NCBI GenBank assembly: GCA_963514005.1
Contig: OY740797.1
Coordinates: forward strand, 17,298,001 to 17,362,000
Length of the DNA stretch: 64,000 nt
Reading direction: 5' to 3'
DNA from: Raja brachyura
Lineage: Eukaryota
In this document: in pieces, positions 38,745 to 50,594 of the stretch
Position numbering within the stretch: the first letter of the stretch is position 1
Layout of the letters: each line of letters opens with the position of its first letter
The notes under the pieces: generated by a model
Seen by the model: the letters and a program-made list of their open reading frames with translations, nothing else
Database searches by the model: none
Told to the model about the DNA's origin: nothing
Translations under genes and position numbers: made by a program

Positions 38745-38965
38745 CCATTGAATGCAATAGACACAAAGGGAATGAGTGGAGTTCTCAAAGTGTCCTTACC
38801 AAAATATAACCCTCAACCCGTGCTAGTCAACTATCTCGTTGTGGAACCTTGTATACTAAATGCCCACTTTATTTCTGAGATCACAGTGATCACATTTGAG
38901 CAGTGGTTCGTTGGGAGCGGTGCACATTGGGACGTTTTGAGCTGGGAAGGGCAATTGTATTTCCG
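38745..38965 (+). mobile_element. Deu-domain SINE relic
   Basis: ggagttctc...gtgtcct...aatataaccctcaac...tgtggaaccttg...acagtga...ttgggacgttttgag. Confidence 0.55.
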
Positions 38966-39989
38966 GTTTGTTCATATTTGACATCTGCTTTTTTTTCATA
39001 CTCTATTTTCTCAGCCCTTTCTTTGGGCCGGTGCAAAAAGCACTGGAAAGGCGCTTTAAAAAACTGTTCTTCCCACTGTGCTTATTAGTCAGTCGTAGAA
39101 GGTTTATTGTGTCAGTTGTCAGTGCTCCCCACCCACTGCACCAGTTCCTGCAGCTCTGGAACAGATCACTCGCCTTCATTTGAAATAATTAATTGAATCT
39201 CTGCCCCCAAGGAGTACTCATTAAGTAGGCAACCTTTCTATTGGTTACTGTTTCCAGATTGTGGTTATTTTGGTATTTACTGGAAATTGCCATTCTGGTT
39301 TTGATTTGTACATGGGCTAAGACTTTATTAAGATTTCTAAATTATTTTTACTTTGTTAAACCAATTTATTGATTCTGTACACTGTATGTATTTAGAAGGA
39401 CAGGCAGTGGAATAATTGAGCACTTTATCAATTGCTTCGTTTTAAGGAAGAGGACCAGGGTAACGGCTGCCCAATTTCATTATAAGTTATCAATGCTTCT
39501 TAAAAGTCAACATTAGGATTCCCATAACTGTTTCTAATTATTACTGAGATGGAAACAATCAGCAAAAGATTTTGAAAAAGGGTATGTTACTGTAGTAATT
39601 CCACTTCCATCGACAAATAGTTAATATTTGAGCTCAGCTTGATTGGAGGATGTCTGAGAACAATACAGCAGTAAAGGAGAACAATGGCCTTTTGCACCTC
39701 TTTGTTAAAGCTAGGTCATTAGTTCCATTCCCCCCCCCCCCCCCCACCCCCCGCAGTACAATTTATTTTGCTCTTTAGGAATGTATCTAATTTCCTTCAT
39801 GCAGTTACTATTCATTGTATCTCTGTCACTTTTTTGGGTAGCGCAGTCCATGCATCTCCAATTTTTTCCCCCAGTTATCTCAACTCTGCATTCTCCAGCA
39901 ACTGTTAATGCCCCACATCCACACTCCTACACATTAAGAGATACTGCTCAGAAATAGTGGAGCTAATAACAAATAATCCCACTATAATG

Positions 39990-40520
39990 GAATTACAGAA
40001 TTGTTATAGCACAGAAGGAGGCTATTCAGCCCATTGTGCCTTTACTGGCTCTGATCCTCTTCCCAAACCTTCCCATATTTATTTTCAGGTCTCTATCCAA
40101 TTCTCTATTGAAAGTCACAATTGATTCTGTTTTTGGTGCCTCTATAACTGCTGAGTTCCAGATCACACTGCTTTACAGCTTTCCATCTCATCCCTCTTGT
40201 CTCTTTGACTCCAAAATTTCAAAAAAATAATATGTGCTCCCTGTTCCGTGAAGCATTTCAAATGGGACCAGCTTCCCTCTACTCGCCCTTTCTAACTTAG
40301 TGATGATCAATTCTAAAACCTTCTTTGTCCAAGGAGAACAAGCGCAGCCATCTCCATTGTACCTTTGTAGCCAAAGTCCCTCATGCCCAGATCCATTTCC
40401 AGTGAAGATTTTCCACAACCATTCCAGGATCTTTACACTCTTCCTCAAGTGGGCAGACCTGAATTGGATGTTAACATTAAGTGCATAGATGGATTAACTT
40501 GCAACACTTGTCCCTATGAA
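39990..40520 (-). mobile_element. Old CR1-type LINE 3' end
   Basis: tagcacagaaggaggctattcagccca tail and CR1-like body. Confidence 0.65.
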
Positions 40521-41084
40521 AGCTCCACTGCTTTTGATGAGCCATTCACGTATCATGATGTTATCTGAGACTTTGTAATAAAGATCAAAAGGGCCGCACC
40601 AATTACGATGTTTCATCCAAGAACTTTTCTCAAAATGTTATTTGCACATGTGACATTTTTGCACAAATATTAGTCTTCACCTTAGACTTCACCTTTTGGG
40701 GTATCAAACTTTGGATTGTCATCTACCTTTACACAAGTATTGAAAATGTACATGGTGCAGTAAGTAAATGGTTTGATTCTCCAACTCCCCTTAGCATTCT
40801 GTATGCTACTGAATAAGTGAAATCCTTGCATGAGTTGCGTACTGATTGATCCACACAACGCCACTATGACTGGTTAAAATGAGAGTTGACCAACCCTCCC
40901 CAAACAAAAAACAAATAACTAGAAACCAAGTTCATGGTGGATGTGAGTAGCTGATAGGTTCAAAATAACACTTTGAGATTTTTGGCTTGGTATTACGTAC
41001 ACTGCAAACCTTCTGTTTTACACTCGTTTTATTTTCAGTGAATGGTACAATTTGTTTTTCAGCAAAGGCTCCACTTGTGCTCAG

Positions 41085-41255
41085 CCCTGACATCCATCCC
41101 GTTTCATAAGTTAGATTTAGCTCTAAGGGCTAATGGAATCAAGAGATATGGGGAGAAAGCAGGAATGGGGTACTGATTTTGGGTGATCAGTCATGATCAT
41201 ATTGAATGGGGGTGCTGGCTCAATGGATTGTACTCCTGCACCCATTTTCTATGCT
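41085..41255 (+). mobile_element. CR1-type LINE 3' end
   Basis: agttagatttagctctaagggctaatggaatcaag...tactcctgcacccattttctatg. Confidence 0.8.
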
Positions 41256-42176
41256 TCATCTCTGTATCAACCATCCACTTTCCCCAAACATTGGAGATAA
41301 CAAAGAAACACAGAGAGATCACGGACTCCTCCCGAAGAATACTGCAAGTGTAGCTGGACATCTCCAATTGTTTTTCCTAGTTCCCTTAACTGTGCACCCT
41401 CCAGCAACTGCTAATATCACACATCCCCACCCCTATACAATAACAGATACAGCTCATTAATAGCGACGCAAAAACAACAGCACATTCATTGGTCACAGTA
41501 AAGTTCTCTGCAACAAATATTAATATCTGCAACAAGATTAATATGTGATTCATTACTTTGTACATCTGGTGGATAGTGAGTTACAACCAGACAGTTATGT
41601 ACGTTTCTCCTGTTCCTGGCTTTCTTATACTATCTCAGTAATAATTGCTGCATTTTTAGCTCTGAATGCTCTATGGATTCCTTACTAAAATCCTCTTCGA
41701 ACATCATTTCTCCCTCCTTTGCCTCTACCATTGGAAGATGTGCCTGTGCCTTGCTGCTTACTGGACCAAAACTATGGCTTTTGACCAAGAGGTTTAACTC
41801 CCATCTCCCAACTATTTTGTTGCTCTATTCAGATTTGAAAGCTTGACCAATAATTCCAATTACTGTCTAGCAACCAAAATCTCACAAATCTTGTACTGCT
41901 GAGGCTTTGCATGTCTGGAGTTCTTCAACAACAAATGTCGCCTTAAAAGTGATCACGATTACATTTCAAAAAAGCAATAGATTATACCTGACAAAGTGTC
42001 TTGGCCAATCCTAGTGTTGTCTGTACGCAATGCCACAGGAAATTAGCCAATATGGTTGATTTGCTTTCATTATTCTTATCATTTTTCTACATATTTGCCT
42101 GAAGCTGGAGTGTTATTTGAAGATGCCAGTATCTTTACTGTGGTACCGGGATGGAAGTTCCAATCCCTGTCTAGGT

Positions 42177-42458
42177 TTGGGTACAGTGGTTGCTGCCTTA
42201 CGTCATCAGAGACCCGGGTTAAATCCTAACTATGGGTACTCTCTGTAAGGAGTTTGCACGATCTCCCTGGTACTGCGTGAGTTTTCTCTGGGTGCTCCGG
42301 CTTCCTCCACAATTTCAAAAACGTGCAGATTTGTCGGCTAATTGGCTGCTGTAAATTATCCCTGGTGTGCAGGATAGAACTAGTACACGGGTGATTGCTG
42401 GCTGGCGAGGTCTCGGTGGGCGAAGGGCCTGTTTCCACACTTTAGCTCTAAACTAAAC
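42177..42458 (+). mobile_element. HE1-type V-SINE
   Basis: gttgctgccttac, V-domain and ctctaaactaaac tail. Confidence 0.85.
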
Positions 42459-43004
42459 CATCTGACCTTTGCTGCACTGTTGCTCAGTGGTACCAAGTGA
42501 GGTTCAAATTGGAGGGGCTGCTGTTGTCTCTCGGTGCTGTGGTTCATCACAAGCCCAATAATGGGCCAAACTGCAATCGCAAACAATATCTCTTTCAATG
42601 TCAGCTGAAGAACAGCTCCCAAAAACATGAAACAATGCTTTCTCTTGTTTTCATTGCAGCTTTCGAAATACTTATAAATAAATCCTGTGAGACAGTAAAG
42701 GGCCTGATTGAATGAGCAAGTTGACAAAGTCACTCCTTTATTGTGAGCAGGCCACGTGTTAGCTCACATTCTCTGTGGCGTTATTGCCACACTTCAGATC
42801 CACAGGGTGCAGCTGCGCGATTGATGCCATGGAGTGCCTTTCCCCCAGGAGAAAGCACTGGAGCTGGAATGAGGCCATATGATGTCTTATATCTGCAGAG
42901 ACTGCGTGAAGCACAAGAGCTTCAGTTAATAGGCCACTGGGTGTGGCTGCAACAGTGAAAGCACCATTTGGAAGGAACCAGCAGCACTCATCCCTGACTG
43001 GTGT

Positions 43005-43600
43005 GGTTTAGTGTAGTCTAGAGACATTGCATGGAAACAGGCCCTCGGCCCATGGAGTCCACGCCGACCATTGATCATTGGTCCACGCCGACCATTGGTT
43101 CACACTCATTCTCTGTTTTCCCACTCACCCACTGCCCACACACACTATTTACAGGCGCCAGTTAACCTACAAACCCGGAGGTCTTTGGGTTGTGGGAGGA
43201 AACCGGAGTACCCGGATGAAACCCACATGGTCCTGGGGCCGACATGCAAACCCACAACGTGCAGTACATTTATTCTCTCGGGCTGCTTTCCAATTTATAA
43301 ATATGTAGAGTCACAAAGAGATACAGCATGGACACAGGTCCTTCTGCTCACCAAGTCCAGGCAGACCATCAATCATTCATTGACACAAATCCTGAATTAA
43401 TCCCATTTTTTTGTCTCCATATTGCTAACAACTCTCCCCAGATTCTACCGCATACTTCCACACTGGGGTTACCAACCTGCACACCTTTGAGATGTAGGAG
43501 GAAACTAGAGTACCCGAGGAACCCCACGCAGTCACAGGGAGATTGCGAAAAACTCCACAACAGAGGAATTGAGGCCTGAGGTAGATCAGCCACGAGAGCC
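43005..43600 (-). mobile_element. Two tandem antisense V-SINE copies
   Basis: catggaaacaggccc...gggaggaaaccggag (43005-43255) and gatacagcatggacacagg...aaactccac (43310-43600). Confidence 0.8.
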
Positions 43601-43740
43601 TGATGAACGATTCTGCCCCTACTTCTTGTATTGGACTCGGTGGGGAATCACTGGTGGAGCATGGCCTGCAGGGCTGTGTAAGACTGGCAGCCATAACACT
43701 CACTTTCCAGGTGACTGCTAGATTGGATTTGGTGGCAATC

Positions 43741-44050
43741 GAGGGGGCACAGTGGCATAGCTGGCAGAGCCGCTGCCTCACACCTCCAGGATCTTGGTTC
43801 AAGTCTAATCTCTGGAACTGTCTGTGTGCAGTTTGCACATTCTCCCTATGATGGTCTACGTTTCCTCCTTTCTTCCATTTCCCAAAGCTGTACAGGCAGA
43901 TTAATTGAACTACAATAAATTGGCCATAGTGTGTTGGTCAGTGGTAGAACTTGAGGAGTTGAAGAGAATGTGGGAAGAATGAGCATGAGATTAATGTAGG
44001 GACTAGTGTAAATGAGTGCTGAATGAATGTTGTGGACTAGAGACTGTGAG
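43741..44050 (+). mobile_element. Older V-SINE subfamily copy
   Basis: ggcacagtggcatagctggcagagccgctgcctcac head and V-domain. Confidence 0.75.
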
Positions 44051-44249
44051 TGCCTTGCATCCTGTGCATGCGTCATCACTGAGCCTCCACTTCCCCCTTG
44101 CTTCTTGATTTTAAGCTTCATGTGGGCAAGAGGGAGGTTGAGGCTCACTGCTGAACATCCTGTTTTGCAAAACCACCACATTTGAGGCAGAATCGCTGAG
44201 GAAAAGTCTATGCTTAAAGCTTTCTGTACCGATAATAATATATGAAAAC

Positions 44250-44655
44250 ATAGTTTAGAGATACAGCATGGAAACATGCCCTTTGGCCCACTGAGTCCAC
44301 GCCGATCATTGATCACATGTACACTAGTTCTATGTTATCCCACTTCCGCATAGGGTAAATTTACAGAAGCCAGTTAACGTTCAAGCCTGCATGTCTTTGT
44401 AATGTGGGAGGAAACCGGAGCACCCGGAGAAAGCACACACCAGTACAAAGAGAACATACAAACTCTGCACAGAAAGCACCCATGGTCAAGATCAAGATCA
44501 AGATCAAGGTCTGAAGAAGGGTTTCGGCCCGAAACATTGCATTTTTCCTTCGCTCCATAGATGCTGCTGCACCCGCTGCATTTCTCCAGCACTTTTGTCT
44601 ACCGTCAAGATCAAGCCTGCCTCTGGTGCTGAGGCAGCAGATCTACCACTGCTCC
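44250..44655 (-). mobile_element. HE1-type V-SINE interrupted by a Penelope short unit
   Basis: Antisense SINE broken at its B-box region by the insertion at 44509-44603. Confidence 0.8.
44509..44603 (+). mobile_element. Penelope-derived short unit with hammerhead core
   Basis: CTGAAGA-A-GGGTttcgGCCC-GAAAC at 44511-44535; gtcaagatcaag flanks both sides. Confidence 0.85.
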
Positions 44656-45116
44656 ATTTACATAGATATAACGCATACAATGACTTGAGATGCCCAGCAG
44701 CCAGCATTAGGAGCATAAGCAAAGCTTCGGTGTAGGAAATGGAATAGTCAAATGGCAAACTGCAATGTGATCATAACCAGGTCATCTGTTTGAGTGGTGC
44801 CGGTTGAGGGATAACAAGGCTATTAAATGGTTGCAGTGTGAGCACAGACTGCAGCCCTGCATGTCCCCACTGCAGGCAACGACAGCAGATGCATCAGTCT
44901 GCCACCATCACTCTCCATCATGAATGGCAAGGGGGGACACTATATTAATCAGGATGCAAGCAGACTGCCCTACTCTGTCAGAGAATATGTTATCACGACC
45001 AGTGACTTTGATTAGCAAGCAGATTTTACCCTCCTGGTGAACCTGCTTTTTATTGTGACCCTTTGTTCTGCTTGTCTTTTAAATGTGTGAAGTGAAAAAT
45101 GCCATCAGTGTATATA

Positions 45117-45420
45117 AGAGCACAGTGGTGTAGTTGGTAGAACTGCTGCCTCACAGCACCAGAGACCCTGGTTCGGTCCTCACCTCCGGTGCTGTCTTTG
45201 TGGAGTTTGAATGTTCTCCCTGTGACTGTGTGGGTTTCCCCTGGGTGCTCAGATTTTCTCAAACATTACAAGGACATGCGAGTCTCTGTAAATTGTGCCT
45301 AGTGTGTAGGGAATGGATGAGAAAGTGGTATCACACAGAAAAGGTGTGAACAGGTGATCGATGGTCAACGTGGACTCGGTGAGGGGAAGGGCCTTTTTCC
45401 AGGCTGATACTTTTCAATCA
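45117..45420 (+). mobile_element. HE1-type V-SINE
   Basis: tRNA head, V-domain, (TCAA)n-type tail. Confidence 0.85.
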
Positions 45421-46184
45421 ATTCTCATGGTTATCTAGTCCTCACACCTGCAGCTGTGAAAACTGGTGTACATCAAGCATGCTTCCAGGGTTACACTCAA
45501 CTGGTGGGGTTACCCTATGATTTCTCCTTGAATCCCACTTTATAACTTCTCTTCCAAGCACTTGGCAAAGGTATCAACCTGAAACTTGCAGAGTCCTGGG
45601 TTTAAGAATAGTCTTGGCATCCATCTCCAGCCCAGGTGAGGAATACACGGCATCTTTCCCACCAGGTTCGGTCAAGAGGGAAAGCGAACATATTGGAAGA
45701 GGCCATTCCTTCTGAGTTCTCTGTGGAGCAAGGGGCAGGAATGTTTTCTCCTTCTATTCCCTGTCACTTGCCTCCCCATTCTAAACCAGAGTGCTGGTAA
45801 CATAGGTCACCTGAATGTACACTGCTCATAAACTGAAACCTTTAATTTCCCCGGTTAACACCTATCCGTTTGCCCAGTGGTCTGCTCCTCCAAGCCTGCC
45901 ATATTTACACAACGTGTCCATCTGCTGGGATTTGACTTTCTGCAATCTGAGAGTCTAAATGTCACGTTAATAGTTACAGTCCCGGATGGGGAGGGGGACA
46001 AGTAAACACTGCAAGTTTCGAGTTGCTGCAGACAGGGTGGCACAGCATAGTGTCTCATGTTACATTGATAAGGAAGATTTACTGCTTTTTATATATGCAA
46101 CATTATCTTAGGCAATGAACATATGGTGAGGTCCTGGACCAATCTAAATGTTGTTTAAAGAATAAAGTGGGAGAAAGCTTCATT

Positions 46185-46475
46185 TGTGGGCCCAAGCTCT
46201 TGGGAACTATGGGCGGATTATAGGCCCAGGCTCTGTGGGGACTGTGGGCCCCAGGCTCTATGGGCTCAGCCTCGGTGGGGACTGAGGGCCCAGGCTGTGT
46301 GGGGAATAGGCCCCCAGACTCGGTGGGCCTGGGCTCTGTGGGGACTGAGGGCCCAGGCTGTGTGGGGAATAGGCCCCCAGGCTCCATGGGCTCAGGCTCT
46401 GTGGGGACTGAGGGCCCAGGCTGTGTGGGGAATAGGCCCCCAGACTCGATGGGTCTGGGCTCTGTGGGGACTGCA
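46185..46475. repeat. GC-rich minisatellite, 63-nt period (~4 copies)
   Basis: actgagggcccaggctgtgtggggaataggccccca recurs at 46281, 46344 and 46407. Confidence 0.9.
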
Positions 46476-46749
46476 AGTGCTCTCTGGGGAGCAGATGAAC
46501 CTTTCTCAACCTGTAGAATGGTCTGCTCCAATTCTTTTGATTGGATTAGTTTCAGATTGGGTTGTAATGGTCCTGTAAAGGTATGTAGGTAAACATGCTA
46601 CCCGTCCCGACGTAGTGCGGACCATGGAATGCACCAGCAGAGCCTCGCCCGTGGCCCCGTCGGTCGGCAGCCCGGCCAGCTGTTCGATCTTCAGACCTTC
46701 GCTTACCGCCGACACCACTATCCCTTTTTCTCGTGGCCGATCATCGGTC

Positions 46750-46976
46750 CATGAGTTGGATGGGGTGCCAGACTTTGCGCGAGTTTGCCCTTGACTCATA
46801 CTCGCAGCATGGTCATCACGAGATCGTAGGAGGTCGTAGGTAGTTCTTAGGTAGGTCGTGATGCTAGTTGTAGGTACTCGTGGCATCAAATAGGTCGGGG
46901 CGTTTTTCTAGCCTGATGAATAATGTCCACGAGTAAAAAAGGTCGTGAATTAGGTCGTGAAAGTGGGACAGGCCCT
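46750..46976. mobile_element. One half of a Harbinger-like MITE
   Basis: Ends in aagtgggacaggccct, the same TIR core as the 26639-26898 MITE; internal ggtcgt repeats. Confidence 0.6.
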
Positions 46977-46979
46977 TTT

Positions 46980-47136
46980 GCTGGCCCACTGACTGGGCTT
47001 TGTGTGCAGCCCAGCACCCGGGTCAACTCATCATTCACCCAGCCACGACCGAGTTGGTGAACGAATTGCCATTGGGAATTTGTCCCGTATTTTGACCTTT
47101 TGTCCCATATTATAAGTGAGAATGTTGGCAACCCGA
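46980..47136. mobile_element. hAT-like DNA transposon terminus
   Basis: Subterminal tgtcccgtat/tgtcccatat repeats and terminal gttggcaaccc. Confidence 0.5.
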
Positions 47137-47412
47137 GTGGTACCCAACAAAGAACGAATGGAAAGGGGAAATGGTCCCCTTTGAACGCTGGAGCTACCAT
47201 AGAAATGACCGAGCTCCCAATCATAGGAGAGCTGTGTTTAATTCACAGAGTGTGACCGTGTAAGTCTATAAACACTCATAAAATTGATCTTCAGAGGGCA
47301 GGTTTGCTATCCTTTGTTTCCTCAGTGTCACTTTAATGATCAACAACTATTCGTGCTTTAATGCTATAAATGTGTGCATGGTCTCCCTGGGTAATAAGCA
47401 TGGGTTTTTTTT

Positions 47413-47672
47413 ACAGTTGTCTGTAAGTTGATTTTGTCCATAAGTAGGAAAATACACAAAAATCACTCAATATGTAACCATACCTCCACTGTACCTTTAC
47501 AAATGGGATCAAAAATCATATTAGACTGATAAAAAAGATCAATTACCAGAAGTGGAGAGGGAGAAAGGAAACTAGTTCTGCCACTCATAGGCACGAACAT
47601 GTACATCGGTCTTTTGACCACTATTATGGAAGCTCATTTCTAGGGGTGTACATAAGTCGGGTGTTCATAACC
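47413..47672. mobile_element. TcMar/Tigger-like non-autonomous relic
   Basis: gtctgtaagttg...gtccataagtagg and gtacataagtcgggtgttcataacc subterminal-type motifs. Confidence 0.4.
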
Positions 47673-47771
47673 TACAATAATAACAACAATAATAACAACA
47701 AAAACTCTACAATAAATAATAGGCTGATTGCCTTGCCTAATGGTTAGTTATGGATTAGAGCAGACAAAACA

Positions 47772-47866
47772 GTCTGAAGAAGGGTCTCGATCCGAAACGC
47801 CACCCATTCCTTCTATCCAGAGATGCTGCCTGTCCCGCTGTTCCTCCAGCAATTTGTGTCTATCTT
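47772..47866 (+). mobile_element. Penelope-derived short unit with hammerhead core
   Basis: CTGAAGA-A-GGGTctcgATCC-GAAAC-GCC at 47774-47801. Confidence 0.85.
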
Positions 47867-48052
47867 AGGATCAGGTTTGTCTATCAGCCCCTCAAAGCTG
47901 CTCATTATTCAGCCAGATTATGGATGGTCCAATATTGATGTCAATGTCATTCTTCCACCATTCTCTCAAGAGGCATGAGATTAAGGTGAAATAACTGATT
48001 GAATTTCTGGCACAGCATTAAACACGACAATAAAGTGGTGCAGCGGCCATTT

Positions 48053-48422
48053 AGAGTCATAGTCATAGAATGATACAGTGTGGAAACAAGCCGTGCGGCC
48101 CAACTTGCCCACACCGGCCAACATGTTCCAGCTACACCAGTCCCACCTGCCTGTGCTTGGTCCATATCTCTCCAAACTTGTCCTATCCTTGTACCTGGCT
48201 AACTGTTTCTTAAAAGCTGGGACATACCCATCCTCAACAGCTTCCTCTGGCAGCATGTTCCATACACCCACCACCTTTTCCGTGAAAAAGCTACCCCTCA
48301 GATTCCTATTACATTTTTTCCCCTTCGCCTTGAACCAATGTCCTCTGGTCCTCGATTCCTCTACTCTGGGCAAGAGATTCTGTGCAAATCTACCCGATCT
48401 ATTCCTCTCATGATTTTATGCA
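48053..48422 (-). mobile_element. CR1/HER1 LINE 3' end, relatively young
   Basis: Minus ORF PRVEESRTRGHWFKAKGKKCNRNLRGSFFTEKVVGVWNMLPEEAVE is the CR1 ORF2 C-terminus; (gtcata)n tail. Confidence 0.9.
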
Positions 48423-49149
48423 TGGTCCATAAAGATGCAGCTTAGCAGCATCCAGCATCCAGGTCAAACATTGTCAAAGTGTAGTCACAGTCATGATGCA
48501 TGGAACTGAATGGGGTACTCTCACCCAATGATGCCCTGTAGACTGCAATGGAATTAAAAATCAATTTGACTGAGGTTGAATGGAACTTTCTCCAATCTTC
48601 TGACATAATCATAGGGATCCTTGATATTCTATGACTGTGAGTCTATTTGCTTGAGAGAGGAAATAGTTTAACACCACATCTTTCATCCCTTCAATGCTGC
48701 ATGGTGGAAAATATTGCTCATGGTTCTCAGTTTTCCCATGATATAAAGGAGGCCATTCGGCCTATCAGGGCTGATGATATTTCTCCTCATATTTGGGTGG
48801 AAATGTGAGTGCCCCGAGGGCAATCCACACAGTCATAGAGAGACCGTGCAAACTCCACACAGGCAGCACTAAAGGTTAGGCGTGAACCTTGGTCATTGGA
48901 GCTCTGAGCATCAGCAGTGTCTGCTGCACAACTGTGTCGCCCAAGGTTAGGGTGTTACTCTGCTGAAGTCGCTGAAGCATGACACTCGGCAGGAGAGAGA
49001 ATTGCAAAGTTGGGGTGTTTGTCCCATCGCTTACAGTAAACCCCAGGCCTTTACTTTCAATGTAATAAGGAGGCAAAGAGGGATTACAGGCAACCTAATG
49101 TGTTGAAATTCATAAATCACCAGTATTCATAAATCACCACCTAAAAATG

Positions 49150-49470
49150 GCAGGACAATGGCGCAGCCGATATAGCAGCTGCCTCACAGCATCAGAGTCC
49201 CAGGTTCGATCCGGACCTCAGGTGCTTTCTGTGTGGAGTTAGCACGTTTTTTCAGTAACCGTGTAGGTTTCCTCCCACTGCTTCGGTTTCCCCCCACATC
49301 CAAAAGGCATGCGAGTTTGTAGGTTAGTTTGCCATGGTGTATTATCCCTCGTGTATAGGGAATGGATGTACAAGTGGAATAACATAGAATTAGTGTAAAC
49401 CAGTGATCAATGGTTGACATGGACTCAGTGGGCCAAAGGGCCTGTTTCCATGGTGTATCTTTCAATCGAT
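49150..49470 (+). mobile_element. HE1-type V-SINE
   Basis: tggcgcagc head, ggttcgatcc B-box, V-domain and LINE-derived tail. Confidence 0.85.
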
Positions 49471-49486
49471 TAATCAAAGTTGTGAT

Positions 49487-49606
49487 GTGTAGGAAGGAAC
49501 TGCAGATGCTGGTTTACACGGAAGATAGACACAATGCTAGAGTGACTCAGCGGGTCAGGTAGCATTTCTGGAGAAAAGGAATAGGTGATGTTTCGGGTCG
49601 AGACCC
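49487..49606 (-). mobile_element. Penelope-derived short unit
   Basis: tgtaggaaggaactgcagatgctgg...ggtgatgtttcgggtcgagaccc. Confidence 0.85.
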
Positions 49607-50594
49607 GTGTGATATGAAATTAAATTCACTCTCACAGAATTTATGTGAGAAAAGTACATTCATTTTTTTAACAACTCACATTTTGTGCTACACACACAGA
49701 AAACATGATGTTGTGGAAAAGCGAAATAGGGACAGTTTTCACAGTACTCTGTTCTCCTGTAATACATTGTTTTAATCAGAGTGTATTTGCCAACCTAAGG
49801 TGCAAAGTCATTCTAAGATAATTTGTTACTCATATTTTCTTCTACTTTGTTCTCCATGATTTATCTTTTACTATATACTGTATTTGGATGTGCAAGGAGG
49901 ATATGCATTAAAAAGTGGGCAGATAATACTGCATGTGGGGATTATTTGTACTTCAGGCACCCGATTAATATGTTTTCATAAGAGTTTGACAACCAGTAGA
50001 TTTTGTGTTTTAATTCATCTATATTGAGAGACAATCTGGTTGGTCAGTTAGTTCGATGGAGTGTCAATTATGCTATTTGAAGTACAATCTTGTGTGCCCT
50101 CTCAAAACTAAATGGCGTGTGAGGAAAGATTATAGTAACCTTGCTTGAAGAATGGCATGGACCTTCCAAATAAAATGTTGCAGAGTGGCTTTAAACTACT
50201 GTCTGTTATCTACCTAACTATAAGAAAGTTCAAGATTCCTGAGCAATGCCGGAAATCCAGAAGCTCCAAGCTTCCTAGTAAGTTATATCCCTTTAACCAA
50301 CAGCAATCTTCCAAAGTGTTTGTTATTTTGGTTGTGTGTGCTCTAAGGATTCAATAGGAACATCTCATTTTTGGGCCATTGCAAGTTGAGCCACAGGTAG
50401 TTTTCCGTTTGTTCTATCGTTTTTTTTTCCATATTAGACAAAACACATGATGGCAATCGGCTGGAATAACTTTGATCTGCTAAAAATCCTCCAGAATATG
50501 ACTGTGCAATAGCAAAATCTATGGATTCAAATTTAGAATGGATTTTGTGTTAACTGATATCGTTCACAAACGTGCAAATGGGCGCTTGTTATGC

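Noticed and set aside
42518-42545. REST/RE1-like site (cagcaccgagagacaa on minus); also 7364-7385 and 12833-12865
   Set aside because: Wrong spacer or a poor right half-site relative to TTCAGCACCnnGGACAG.
42840-42975. Possible GNAO1 exon 2 (ggagctgg..., aaagcaccatt)
   Set aside because: The fragments are not colinear with GAGESGKSTIVKQMK, and no 43-nt exon with splice sites is present.
46103-46592. Pro/Gly-rich repetitive ORFs (collagen- or mucin-like)
   Set aside because: Artefact of a 63-nt tandem repeat that is open in several frames on both strands; no splice or start context.
46593-46750. GC-rich block as rRNA fragment or bacterial contamination
   Set aside because: I recognise no rRNA motif, and the block is embedded among transposon ends, consistent with a young repeat.
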